Under the pieces are notes generated by a model, which was not told the DNA's origin, made no database searches, and worked only from the letters and a program-made list of their open reading frames with translations. A stretch of DNA of 52,874 nucleotides from a virus (Duplodnaviria; Caudoviricetes), in IMG/VR virus record IMGVR_UViG_3300023284_000636, positions 1 through 52,874 of that record; one strand, 5' to 3'. The position numbers were made by a program, and so were the translations under genes. Shown here in pieces: positions 1-10,257 of this stretch (positions are counted from its first letter, which is position 1; each line of letters starts with the position of its first letter).

Positions 1-41
1 CTGTTTTTATTGTACTTAGCGGTTGGCACATCATTTGCATA

Positions 42-2372
42 TTGAAAGTTGAACCTGCTGAGGACATGAAAATGAAAATAAAAATTGAAAAAATTGAGTA
101 CGTAATTGAAGAGGCCTTCGCGGTCAAACAAAGAGTCGGACGCCCCAGAAATCGCCAGGCGAAGTTCAGCCTAGTCCTGAGACGGCCACAAGGCTGCAAT
201 CGTTACACGTCGTTCATGTACTGGGATGGTTCATTCTGCAAACCTTTTCTTCATTAAACTAGGAGGAATCACTAAATGAAAAAATCAAGTCAAGCTGAAC
301 CGCACTATGCTTTAATTTTATTCAATGATGGTGCGTTTGGTATTGAAACGTTTGGCCAGAAAATCTTTCACAAACAGTATTATCAAAAAGGTTCTCGTCT
401 TTTTGGAGTTCCTCAGCATTTACGAGTCGATCAGATTTCTGAGTGGCTGGCTTGCGGGATGCCAAAACATCCTTTTATTGTAGAATACGCCTATGATAAT
501 TAGGGAATCGAATCATGAAAACAGACTATGAGCTTTTAAAAAGTCCTGCTTTTTGGCGTCCACTTGGATGTAAGCTTGAAGGTATAGAAAAGCAGGGTGA
601 GTTAGAAATAGCACGAGTGACAGATTTGTTTTGTGGAGATTCATTCATTTTGATTATAAAACTTCACACTGTAAACGATGTTTATAAGATGCTTCAGCAA
701 AGAAGAAAGGAGAATCTGCAATGATCAGAAATTATGAATACAAAATGTCAGGAGCTTATAGTGACATTCAGACTCGCAAGATCGTCACTCTAGAAGAACG
801 TGAGACAGACCAGGGGGACGCTCCTTGTCATAACGTGATTGATCAGATTGACTTCGATTATAAAATGGCTGCAGAGACCTGGAGTCTCTGCTAAAGTTCA
901 TCTAAAAAACAGGAGAAAGCTATGGAAAAAAGTCACATGAGAAACGATAAATTTGATTCAACCGCAATGTTACTTAAAGACATTTGGTTTGCGCAAGACG
1001 CGATTGATTTTGAAAACAAAACAATCGATTGGGATGCTATCGACTCAAAGAAGAACTCTATCGTTCCGTCTTCATCGGAAGAAATTTTAATTGACTTGGC
1101 AACTCAATTATGGACGGGTTATGGCAAAACGATGGATATGTTTTTACACTTAGATTCAAGAAATCAAGTTAAGGTCATTGAGTCCCTGCGAATAAGATTT
1201 GGATATTAATAAAACAGAATAAATGGAGGACACCATGAACAACAAAATAACCCAGGGCGATATTGAGTTCTATGTGACAGGGTTCCTGGCAAGCCCTAGG
1301 ACATGCACAGCTTGCACATCGAACACCGAGGCTCAAACCGAACTGACTCATGTCTGCCTCGAGTGCGGGAACGTCTTCCACTTGGACAACCTTCCTCCGA
1401 CACCAGAAGACGAAGCCCTGGAGGACGTCATGAATATGTTCTGCCAGGAAGATTTCTAACTTTCTATTCATTTAATGGAAGACACCATGAGCGAAACAAA
1501 AACACAAGATACCATCTCTTTCACCGGATGCATACATCTTGATTTTTCAGATAACTATAAAGCGAAAAAGAATTTAATTAATCTGGGAGAAACAAAGGTA
1601 TGTTGGGATAGGCCACACATATATGAAGCCGAGCCCCGGCTCGTTCAGTTTTGCAAATTTAGAGGTCGTCTAAATAGTCCAGAAGCATGTCATAATTTTG
1701 AAACAAAAATGTGCTACAAATATGAAGAATTTAAACACCATGTGTCGCTTGACACAATAGATAAATAATGGAGGTCAAACCATTTATGATTTGTGAAAAA
1801 TGTTGGACGGATTCGGCTTTTGCCGGAAACCATACAGCCGAATACGAGAGACTATTAAAAGAAAGGGAGGGTTCGCCCTGTACACCTGAGCAGCAAGCCG
1901 GGGAATGCGGAACAAGATGTCAAGCATGTAACAGGAGAACTCTTCACCAATATACGCGGATTTGTGTTAACCATGAATGCAAAAAATATGGAGTAGAAAT
2001 ATAATAACATAGGAGGACACCATGACACGAGATGAAATACAGGACGACGTAAAGACACGAGATCTCGATTGGCTCGAGAGCCGCTGGTCTGTTCTAAATG
2101 AGGCAATCGAGGCAATTGAGCCTCACCTGGCTGAGGTCGAGGCTGCGTTCGACTACGACTATACAGCACTGGACACCTCAGAATCTCTTGAACAATCTGT
2201 TTGTGACCAGGTTCTCAAGCTGTGCAATGTCGTCACGACTCACGACACCGAGGTAACAATGTCCTGGGGAGAGCTGCTCGAGCTTATTGATCTGGAAATC
2301 AAGAGACGGGAGAAGCTCGCCGCAGCTCGAGTATCTTCCACCACAGAATTTGAAATCTGGGAAGGCAACTAG
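42..2372 (+). other. Cluster of small hypothetical phage early ORFs (42-257, 276-503, 515-724, 721-893, 922-1209, 1235-1459, 1487-1768, 1768-2004, 2022-2372)
   Basis: Closely packed co-oriented ORFs, most with AGGAG/GGAGG-type RBS; several carry CxxC motifs; no family recognised. Confidence 0.7.
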
Positions 2373-2432
2373 TTTTAAATAGCCTGTCCACAAAAAGGAC
2401 ACGGGCAAGGTTGAATTATAAGGTACAATTGC

Positions 2433-2753
2433 ATGATAGTGGACGTGGAGCTAAGGTCAAGGCTAAAGTTGTTGCTTAAAAGTAAGCGTCTGAGAGCCGT
2501 ACAGCGCGAGGATTTCCCCTTTGCTTCTCTGGGAACTATTGCCAGAATACGAGACGGGGTGTTCCCTAAATCTGAACTTCTAAGAAAACAATTTAATTTA
2601 TCACCGATACTCATGGCGCCAGCCTGTCCTCGATGTGGTGGAGTTCATACTCGAAAGTGCAGAGAAAAAAAACCACCAAGAAAACTGCAACTCTCGAGGG
2701 ATTTGGCTAAAATGATCTGGTGGGTAAGATATTTAAAAAGGAGAGAGATATGA
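2433..2753 (+). CDS. Hypothetical basic protein with CPRCGGxH zinc-finger-like motif
   Basis: ORF with ATGA overlap into the next gene. Confidence 0.55.
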   Translation: MIVDVELRSRLKLLLKSKRLRAVQREDFPFASLGTIARIRDGVFPKSELLRKQFNLSPILMAPACPRCGGVHTRKCREKKPPRKLQLSRDLAKMIWWVRYLKRREI

Positions 2754-3118
2754 GAGAAATTAAATTCAGGGCATGGACAGGAACAAGAATGATAGAAAAT
2801 TGTGGTGGAATAAGTGAAACCCCGATGGGGTGGTTACACTTCTATGATAACAGGAAACATGGTTCAAAGGCTATCATGCAATTCACCGGCCTATTGGACA
2901 AAAACGGCAAAGAGATTTATGAGGGGGATATGTTGCGCATGGAACCCAATGTTGAAGAAACGTGCATAGGGGTTGTTGATTTTGTGGATGGGTGCTTTGA
3001 TGTTAGATTTGATGAAGAGGGAACAGATACCGAACCGTTGAGAGATTTAAGCCCAAGTGAAATCATCGGCAACATATACAAGAATCAAGAACTCAATCAA
3101 ATCAAACCGGACAAATAA
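2750..3118 (+). CDS. YopX-family phage protein (copy 1)
   Basis: MREIKFRAW...MQFTGLLDKNGKEIYEGD...EIIGNIY signature; AAGGAG RBS before ATG 2750. Confidence 0.9.
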   Translation: MREIKFRAWTGTRMIENCGGISETPMGWLHFYDNRKHGSKAIMQFTGLLDKNGKEIYEGDMLRMEPNVEETCIGVVDFVDGCFDVRFDEEGTDTEPLRDLSPSEIIGNIYKNQELNQIKPDK

Positions 3119-3166
3119 CTATAAGAAATCTAAAAGAACACTCTCCTATATATAGGGTGATAAAAA

Positions 3167-3607
3167 ATGTATGATAAGTCTTTAGATCTGGCAATTAAAA
3201 ATTTTAATAATTGTTTTGAAAAGAGTGATGGATGTTGGGAATGGACGGGATCAACAATACCGACTGGTTATGGTCGATTGTGGTATAAAGCCAATATATA
3301 TGCACATCGATTCTCTGCTTTTTTATTTTGGGAATTTGATTTAAATTCAAAAATTCATGTTTTACATCATTGTGACAATCCGCCCTGTGTAAATCCGAAT
3401 CATTTCTTTTTTGGGACACACAAATTAAATATTTTAGATTCTATTGAAAAAAAAAGACATGGTTATGGAAAACCGATTTCACTTGAAGAAAGGAATAAGA
3501 TTTTAAATTTGATTAAAACACATACTGTGCCTGAGATAGCAAGATTGGCTAATCGACGTACAACTACAATATATAGATTTTTGAAAAAAATGAGGGAGGA
3601 ATTTTAA
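3167..3607 (+). CDS. HNH endonuclease (HNH_3-like)
   Basis: GCWEWTG..GYG..YAHR..VLHHCDNPPCVNPNH motif; AT-rich. Confidence 0.88.
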   Translation: MYDKSLDLAIKNFNNCFEKSDGCWEWTGSTIPTGYGRLWYKANIYAHRFSAFLFWEFDLNSKIHVLHHCDNPPCVNPNHFFFGTHKLNILDSIEKKRHGYGKPISLEERNKILNLIKTHTVPEIARLANRRTTTIYRFLKKMREEF

Positions 3608-3820
3608 TGCCCTGGGTTCAAACTACGGATGCGCTTATTCTCTGTGGCAAGTGTGTAAACACGATGGAGAAGTATGCAATCTCGAGACGCCGTGCCGACA
3701 TCGTCTTTATGGCTGATCGCTGTACGACCTGCAGGACCCAGTTCAATTATAAACCGATGCCGACCCATGTTCCATTCGGCACCATCCCGAGGACTGGCGA
3801 CATAAAATGGGAAGTCAAAC

Positions 3821-4033
3821 ATGAGAAGGAAAACAAAAAAGACAGACGGCCCAGACGTAAAAACCACCGAGTTCTGGGACAGCATGGCATTCGAGCTCCT
3901 CGAGGTCACGCCGGCAGGGCAAATTCTGGTCAAGGACAAAGTCACCGGAAGCGATATGACATTCAAAACCAGCTGGACTCCACTCCAGATCGCAAAGGCG
4001 ATCTCTAACGCCAGAGCTCAATGGTTAAAATAA
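3821..4033 (+). CDS. Hypothetical protein (overlaps the 3' part of ORF 3607-4008)
   Basis: ORF track; which of the two overlapping frames is real is uncertain. Confidence 0.4.
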   Translation: MRRKTKKTDGPDVKTTEFWDSMAFELLEVTPAGQILVKDKVTGSDMTFKTSWTPLQIAKAISNARAQWLK

Positions 4034-4094
4034 TTCTTGCTTTAAATAATTGACTTTCTTAACTTGATTTTGTTAAAACCAACAGGAGTCCATC

Positions 4095-4910
4095 ATGATC
4101 ATAATAAGAAATTCCGTTGTGTTTCTTTTGTTTTTAGTGTTGATCTCGAATCCCCTATTTTCCCAGGTGATCATCGGAGACAAGACGCCTCAATGGATCG
4201 TCGATAGCAAACACGCCAGTTTTTCTGGGATATTCAAGTTCGGTCACAATCCTGACGTTGACATTGGAACAGATCCCGAAGATATCTGGGAAACGGGACT
4301 TAATTGGCCCGTGTTTGCGGATGATTCAACTATCACAATCGTTTCTACGAGTACAGCAGATGACACAAGCGGAACAGGAGCCTTAACTATCCTTGTTACA
4401 GGGGTTGATTCCAGTTATGTCAGGATTTCAGAAACTATTTCATTGGGAGGTACTGATGCAGTTACTCTCGTTAATTCTTACAGGGTAATCTATAAAGCTG
4501 TCGTTCAAACGGCTGGAAGTGGAAGAACTAATGCTGGAATATTGACTTTCGATAGTCCTGGGTCTGTTACTGTAATGACAATCCCGGCAGATCATGCTCA
4601 GAGTTCAATAGGCATTTATCCGATAGCAGCAAACGAAGATGCTTTTATATATTGCTGGGGATTCAGCAACCTGACCGCCTCGGCTGATGTCAATGGTATT
4701 CTTTATGTGCTTAATGTCGATGGGAATGTCTGGAATCAAATAGATATAATGCATTCTAGGGTTACGGGTACATCGGCAGCCCACAGAGGTCTTTCAATGC
4801 TTCCAATCAAGATTTCAGGTAAGGCGGTAATCAGGGTGGCCGTTGAAACCGATACTGATAACTCGGATATCGTTGGTCATTTTACAGTCCATCACAAAGT
4901 AGTAAGATAA
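4095..4910 (+). CDS. Beta-rich phage protein with predicted N-terminal signal peptide
   Basis: Hydrophobic N-terminus ending LFSQ; KFGHNPDVD and STSTADDTSGTGA segments like those in phage fibre-associated proteins; CAGGAG RBS; candidate promoter TTGCTT-17-TAACTT near 4037. Confidence 0.65.
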   Translation: MIIIRNSVVFLLFLVLISNPLFSQVIIGDKTPQWIVDSKHASFSGIFKFGHNPDVDIGTDPEDIWETGLNWPVFADDSTITIVSTSTADDTSGTGALTILVTGVDSSYVRISETISLGGTDAVTLVNSYRVIYKAVVQTAGSGRTNAGILTFDSPGSVTVMTIPADHAQSSIGIYPIAANEDAFIYCWGFSNLTASADVNGILYVLNVDGNVWNQIDIMHSRVTGTSAAHRGLSMLPIKISGKAVIRVAVETDTDNSDIVGHFTVHHKVVR

Positions 4911-4992
4911 AGATTAAAGGTCTGTGTCCATGAGGAAGTCCACTTGCTTGATCAAATCGTCGAAATAATTATAATTGAATTGTCCCATGATT

Positions 4993-5871
4993 TTACTTCC
5001 CGTTTAGAGTTTCTTCAAGTTTTGTTCTCCAGTCTTCGCCATACTTTTCATAGAGTGTTAGCATCCAATGCAATGCAACTGCTTGTTCGTCTTCTGCTTT
5101 TTTGGCAACTTTATATATTCCAAGTTCGTGTAATCTTCTTGCTATTCCAGCCACAACGAAGTTTGGCCTTCCAAGTATAAATCTAACCTCATCGTCTAAT
5201 TTTGGTGTGTTCATTTGCTTTCTTTCTCCTTTAAGGCACGCCTGATTTTACGGGCTGTTTGCACGTCTGTTAAAATTGTCTGTTCGCCCCTACCCTTTTT
5301 ATAGACCGTTATTCTAATTTGTCCATCGTCACGAAAACAGATATATAATTCACTCATTTGCTTTTTTTCTCCTCGTATTTATGTGGGTATAAAATTTTAT
5401 CGTGACACTCTCTACATTCAACCCACAATCCCCGTATTTTATTTGGTAGTCGTTTCGCCAATGTTTTAAAACATACTCCACAAACAAGCGTCATTTGCTT
5501 TCTTTATCCTTCTTGTTTTTTGTGCTATCTTGTTTGGCTGCCTCCTGGAGACCTGGAAGAGTGATCCGGCCACTGTCTGCCATGGCCAGGCGTATCGCAG
5601 TGTTTAGAATCACTGTATAATAATCGTCCTCATGGACTTTAGGGAGAAGCCGAGCTTTAACGGCATAGTTTTGTTCGGCGGCGATCAGAGCATACAGAAC
5701 AACCCGATCGAATGGAATTGCTGCCAATATTTTCTCTTGTTTAAGTCGCCGCGCCGTTCTATCTTGAAGGGCTCGCTGCATTGCTTCTTTAGTCTGGGAA
5801 TAGGTGACCACTCCCAAACACAAGAAAAGAATGAGAACCATGATCGGGGTCGCAGTGAGTAGCTTCTTCAT
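4993..5871 (-). other. Four small coupled ORFs (5871-5491, 5494-5351, 5357-5211, 5214-4993) joined by the junction repeat
   Basis: Three of the four start inside an AGGA(G/T)AAA(G/A)AAAGCAAATG repeat; 5871-5491 has a signal-peptide-like N-terminus. Confidence 0.7.
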
Positions 5872-6452
5872 GTTTCAACCTCCCGGTTAAGTGGTTTATA
5901 TAAGTGGCTATTCTCGTATATGTGCTTCCATTTTCTTGAATTGCAACTTTTACACAACGGTTGAATGTTTTCTATGTAGTCGGTTCCTCCTTCTGATAGA
6001 GGTGAAATGTGGTCTTTTGTAAGAACTGCGCTTTTTCCGCAATCGGAACACCGATAGCCATACGCTTTTTTTAATTCTTGCCATTGTTTTAATGTATGGC
6101 TACCGCTTGCTTCCTTTTCTCTTGCGTATCGTCTTGCTTTAAGATGTGCTATATTTTCCGGGTGATTTTTACAATAATTTCTATGATAAATCTGTTTTGA
6201 TTCTCCCCTTTTTCTCACACCCCTATAGGCGTTTTGATTGTAAAACGGTAGCGTTTTAACATAATCCTTATAGCATTTCATTGAGCAGAAATGAGTTTTA
6301 CTTTTTCTATAATGTGATGGGATTGTTTTTGATTCCTCGCCACAATAATCACAATAAAAATATATCGGTCTTGAATTTGCCAATCCAATTTTTCTTTTTG
6401 TTTCATCCGAATGTTTGTGTCCAGACTGAAATCCTTTTACTCCTTTAGGCAT
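5868..6452 (-). CDS. HNH endonuclease with NUMOD3 and zinc-ribbon motifs
   Basis: GHKHSDETKRKIG (NUMOD3); CSDC..LTKDHISPLSEGG..NIQPLCKSCNSRK. Confidence 0.88.
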   Translation of the reverse strand: MPKGVKGFQSGHKHSDETKRKIGLANSRPIYFYCDYCGEESKTIPSHYRKSKTHFCSMKCYKDYVKTLPFYNQNAYRGVRKRGESKQIYHRNYCKNHPENIAHLKARRYAREKEASGSHTLKQWQELKKAYGYRCSDCGKSAVLTKDHISPLSEGGTDYIENIQPLCKSCNSRKWKHIYENSHLYKPLNREVET

Positions 6453-6453
6453 T

Positions 6454-6852
6454 CTATTTTTCCTCAATAAGATTGCCATGTTCAAATATGTTGCCGATGA
6501 CTTCATAAGAGTCACACGTTTCAGTTATAGCGTGATGATGATTTTTGCTTCTTGTCCAGTATCCAGCATCCTCGTAAAAAACTTCTCCAATATATTCCCC
6601 ACAAACCACTGCGTCATCTCCACATGGTTTCCAATATTCTTTCACAAGATCCCCCTCATAAATCTCTTTGCCGTTTTTGTCCAATAGGCCGGTGAATTGC
6701 ATTAAATTGAAATCGTCTTCGTGCCATATCCACTTGTGACCTCGAACCGGTCGAGCTAATTCCTGAATTTCAAAATTCTTCAAATCTATTTGGTGAACAT
6801 CTATCATTCTCGATTCACTAACAATCCATGCCCTAAATTTAATTGGTCTCAT
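6454..6852 (-). CDS. YopX-family phage protein (copy 2)
   Basis: MRPIKFRAW...MQFTGLLDKNGKEIYEGD...EVIGNIFE. Confidence 0.9.
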   Translation of the reverse strand: MRPIKFRAWIVSESRMIDVHQIDLKNFEIQELARPVRGHKWIWHEDDFNLMQFTGLLDKNGKEIYEGDLVKEYWKPCGDDAVVCGEYIGEVFYEDAGYWTRSKNHHHAITETCDSYEVIGNIFEHGNLIEEK

Positions 6853-6878
6853 TGTTTTTATATCCTGTTTTAAATAGT

Positions 6879-7355
6879 TTAAAAAGGGAGTTTCTCTGCA
6901 TATTCTTGAACCGATACTTCTGGTGTTGGCGGATGATCGAGACTCGAATCTTTAGGATCTCGGCCTTCTTTCCCAAAAACTTCTTCATCACATTTAATTT
7001 CCACAACCCTGAGAGCTCTTATAAATTCTTTTCTTTGTTCTTTGCCGAGTATACAAGCCCAAACAATTGCATCATCGACATAAAGCGAAGCGTGCAGCCA
7101 TTCTTTTGGGTAAGTTTCCCTATCCATATTCCTATATCTTACAAATTCTTCATAGTCCTGGAGTAGATTAGGAGTATCCTGGTTTATCCAGTGCCAGCCA
7201 CACAGCCCGGATTCTGGGCCGCGGTCTACGTGTTGGGCAAGCATTTGGCAGCGCCGGCCAGCGGTTCGAAACATACACAAAGATTTCTTGAGGAAGATTG
7301 CGTATTTCTCTGCTTGGGTTGCAGGAGAGTCTGGTTTGTCTTTTTTAAGGCTCAT
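6879..7355 (-). CDS. Hypothetical protein
   Basis: 158-aa ORF in minus-strand operon. Confidence 0.6.
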   Translation of the reverse strand: MSLKKDKPDSPATQAEKYAIFLKKSLCMFRTAGRRCQMLAQHVDRGPESGLCGWHWINQDTPNLLQDYEEFVRYRNMDRETYPKEWLHASLYVDDAIVWACILGKEQRKEFIRALRVVEIKCDEEVFGKEGRDPKDSSLDHPPTPEVSVQEYAEKLPF

Positions 7356-7356
7356 T

Positions 7357-7554
7357 TTATTTGATCAAAAATTTAAGCAAATCTTCTTTTTTTATTTCTA
7401 GAGCAACTACGGTTGGATTTGGGTTGTCTGTGTCATTCACTATTTTGACCAAAGATGCCAATTTACTGCCAGAAATAGCGCCAAGCGTAAAGTGATCGTG
7501 TGGAACTTCTGGTTTAAATATAAGCCGATCTTTTTCCACTAATAGCTTCATCAT
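7357..7554 (-). CDS. Hypothetical protein
   Basis: ORF coupled to neighbours. Confidence 0.55.
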   Translation of the reverse strand: MMKLLVEKDRLIFKPEVPHDHFTLGAISGSKLASLVKIVNDTDNPNPTVVALEIKKEDLLKFLIK

Positions 7555-7928
7555 TTCACCAAAAATTTAGATACAGTTTCTAAAGTGAATTTATCGATAT
7601 ATCCGCCATTCGTTCTGAGTGCTTCACTTACTTTTTTCATAGCTTCGCTTATCTGGTCATCGTCAAAATTGGCGAGGTCTGTTGCAGGGGTTACGTTTCG
7701 TTTTAAAAATATATTCCATTGGCCACGAGTCTTGTATTCTCCATTAATTTTTAACTCGTCTGCGTAGTGTCCTATTATTTGAATGTGTCTTTGTTTGCTA
7801 GACCAGCAGCCCTCCTTAAACTGTTTCGCGGTCATGGGTTCGTTAGGGTCTTTCTTGATTAGCCTCCTGGTTGCCGGCGCTTTTTCAAGTTTTACTTTCA
7901 GGTTGTTTCCGCAATGGGGGCAGTGCAT
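7551..7928 (-). CDS. Zinc-ribbon protein, possibly replication-initiator related
   Basis: CPHCG at N-terminus; C-terminal helical segment ending FTLETV; AAGGAG RBS; function inferred only. Confidence 0.45.
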   Translation of the reverse strand: MHCPHCGNNLKVKLEKAPATRRLIKKDPNEPMTAKQFKEGCWSSKQRHIQIIGHYADELKINGEYKTRGQWNIFLKRNVTPATDLANFDDDQISEAMKKVSEALRTNGGYIDKFTLETVSKFLVK

Positions 7929-7964
7929 GGGTTTTTCTCCTTTTGTTTTATGTCATCGCATAAA

Positions 7965-8496
7965 TCAAGGTCTAAGTAGCTTTAGGTTATCAATAGCCCA
8001 ATAAACCATTCCACTTTTCCCCCAATTTTTATGACGGTGGTTCTCATTAATTCTAAGATAAGACAAACTGTTTCCAAACAGACCTCCCGGGACTATCCTG
8101 AGGACTATCCTTTGCTTGTCCACCATCATGTAAAAAAACAATCCACACCGGCCACGTCGTACTATCGTCTACTTTTAAATAATCATTATAGTGTTTAATA
8201 TCTATTCCTGTGACCCACTTTTGAGTTATTCTGTGCCAGCTAAAAGCTGTTTTGTATTTAGCTTCAATCCAAAGCGTTTTTTCACCTTTAAAGATCAACA
8301 TATCTGGTGCAATTAACATATCGTCTGGTAAAAATAATTGTGGCCCCTTACCAGTATCTATAACTTTTTCATAGATTGGTAAAATGGTGAACCCTTTATC
8401 TTTGAACCATTGTGCTATTTTACCCTCAGCAGTTTGGCCTATTTTTAATTGATCCTTAAAGGAGGTCACAACAAAAACCATATTTTTCAAACTCAT
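7965..8496 (-). pseudogene. PD-(D/E)XK-like nuclease with apparent +1 frameshift near 8086-8091
   Basis: APDMLIF...WIEAK motif; the +1 frame continues GLFGNSLSYLRINENHRHKNWGKSGMVYWAIDNL to TGA at 7965. Confidence 0.6.
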
Positions 8497-9355
8497 TTTC
8501 AAAATTTGTAGAATCACCAAAATATAAAAATGCCTGGCCTTGTAACGGAGTAGAGATTTCTTTGTTTGGAGACCAATATTTTATTCTGGTGTTCGGAAAA
8601 CAAATAGAAGATGCACATTTAGTCATAAATTGAAACCAAGCGGTTTCAGTTGCATTATTCACCAATACTATTCCTTCAGAAATGTCCCTATTATTAAAAT
8701 GCTGGGTGAATTTTTCCGTAAACAATCCAATCAGATCAGATGAATATGGTGGATTCATCCATGCTTTACCAAACCATCCTTCAGTCAACCCATTTGTTTG
8801 TGAAGTAAAATATTTACTAGCCTTGACAATTTCATTTGCTTTTTCTGATGAGGCAGGATCGAGATCGATTTCTCCCAAAACAATCCTAACGGATTCAATA
8901 TACTTTTTTGGTGTATACCATTCATTGTCACCAGAATTGTATGAAACATGCGGTTTTCCTGAAATCTCAAGCCTTAATCTGTTGCGCGACCAGTTGTTTT
9001 CTTCCGCTTTTTGTAAATATTTATCTTGTTTGTTCTCTGGTAAAGCCGCAACTTCATAATGATGACTCCAACTCAAGTTGTCACGCCGGCGTGACATTTC
9101 AATTCTTCCTGATACCCAAGCAGAATTTCTAAGTCCGCCATAACTATGATCTGTTTCGTCCAATGCTTGAGAATATTTCTCACCATATTTATTTTCGCCA
9201 AAATTTAGCCAATCGCCAAGCCACCACAAAACACATTTATTAACTTGCTTTAAGAAATTACCGATCCCCATCCATTCATCAAAATTAATATCGCTTTGTA
9301 TTACAAGAGAGGTTTCAGTTAATTTGCACTTATGCAGTTTTACAAGTTCATTCAT
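8456..9355 (-). CDS. Phage DNA N6-adenine methyltransferase with N-terminal WWLGDW domain
   Basis: NEWYTP, IDLDPAS, WMNPPYS, VLVNNATETAWFQ motifs. Confidence 0.88.
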   Translation of the reverse strand: MNELVKLHKCKLTETSLVIQSDINFDEWMGIGNFLKQVNKCVLWWLGDWLNFGENKYGEKYSQALDETDHSYGGLRNSAWVSGRIEMSRRRDNLSWSHHYEVAALPENKQDKYLQKAEENNWSRNRLRLEISGKPHVSYNSGDNEWYTPKKYIESVRIVLGEIDLDPASSEKANEIVKASKYFTSQTNGLTEGWFGKAWMNPPYSSDLIGLFTEKFTQHFNNRDISEGIVLVNNATETAWFQFMTKCASSICFPNTRIKYWSPNKEISTPLQGQAFLYFGDSTNFENEFEKYGFCCDLL

Positions 9356-9445
9356 TTAGTTCCTCACGTTGGTGAAGGTTTGAGTCGGAAAACCCCCACA
9401 AAGGAGGGTCTCACGTATGGAGCCAGGCCATCGCGTTGTAACCCG

Positions 9446-9754
9446 CTACTCACAGTTCAAACGGTTGCCAGCCAGTCGCGTTGTTTCAACCTTGCTGCTT
9501 TCGCCAACGGGGGTTCTTATGTATTTACGCTGGTATATATATGATGGATCGATTTTAATATGGACATTACCGATACCACAAAATGGACACTTCATGCTAT
9601 GATAAGAATGAATCATTTCGAGAGTTGCCCATTTAATTTCTCTTCTCTCGCAATTGGCATTTGTGCAATAAACTTCTCTTTTATTGTCAACAAAACATAA
9701 TTGCCCACCATAGGAATGATGTGCTCCACATTTCCAGCAATATCGTTTTTTCAT
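9446..9754 (-). CDS. Hypothetical Cys-rich protein
   Basis: CWKC, CTNANC and CPFC motifs. Confidence 0.5.
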   Translation of the reverse strand: MKKRYCWKCGAHHSYGGQLCFVDNKREVYCTNANCERREIKWATLEMIHSYHSMKCPFCGIGNVHIKIDPSYIYQRKYIRTPVGESSKVETTRLAGNRLNCE

Positions 9755-9850
9755 AAATAAACCATCATATTTTTAAAATGTTGCATCCTTTGTTTAGCTG
9801 ATGTGCCTCGGCTTACCGCATCCCCGTGCGTCTGAAACCGAAAACAAAAA

Positions 9851-9952
9851 ATGCCTATTGTAGGGATACTCTCGGCTTTCGGTCTACCTTGGGAGAAATC
9901 CCGAAATATCCGAAAGCACCCAACAATAGGCACTTCGTTTTTTCCCAAGGTA
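9851..9952 (-). ncRNA. Structured RNA motif, copy 1 (long hairpin plus leader-loop pseudoknot)
   Basis: tgcctattgt/acaataggca stem; gctttcgg/ccgaaagc; loop taccttggga complementary to tcccaaggta; lies downstream of a sigma70-like promoter. Confidence 0.6.
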
Positions 9953-9971
9953 TAATTTTTACTAACATAAC

Positions 9972-10000
9972 AATGTAAAATTTTATTTTTATAAAAGCAA
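9972..10000 (-). promoter_or_regulatory. Sigma70-like promoter TTGCTT-17-TACATT
   Basis: Consensus match with 17-nt spacer in AT-rich intergenic DNA. Confidence 0.55.
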
Positions 10001-10023
10001 CATAAATTTTGTAGACAACAAGC

Positions 10024-10209
10024 TTACCGCTTTTTGTTTGCGTCTGTTACCGAAGACTTTGCTTGTTGTTTGGTATTTTCGAGGCAAGTGTTTTCTATTA
10101 CTCCGTCCCAATATCCAACCAAATAATCAGTTGTGGCACTAAATCCACATTTACACTTATATCCTTTATCGGTTGATTCCATGTCTAAAAGACATTTGGG
10201 ACATTCCAT
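10024..10209 (-). CDS. Small zinc-ribbon protein
   Basis: CPKC...CKCG; GAGGTG RBS. Confidence 0.6.
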   Translation of the reverse strand: MECPKCLLDMESTDKGYKCKCGFSATTDYLVGYWDGVIENTCLENTKQQAKSSVTDANKKR

Positions 10210-10257
10210 TGTTTCACCTCACGTTTTTAGAACAACGGCAAAGAGACCGTAAAAATA

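Larger units (their letters stand above)
2876..6702. repeat. Perfect 54-bp inverted repeat (2876-2929 / 6649-6702) inside the two YopX genes
   Basis: atgcaattcaccggcctattggacaaaaacggcaaagagatttatgagggggat on + at 2876 and on - ending at 6649. Confidence 0.92.

Noticed and set aside
2876-6702. Diversity-generating retroelement TR/VR pair or IS terminal repeats
   Set aside because: The copies are identical with no adenine-specific differences; no reverse transcriptase or transposase in the window
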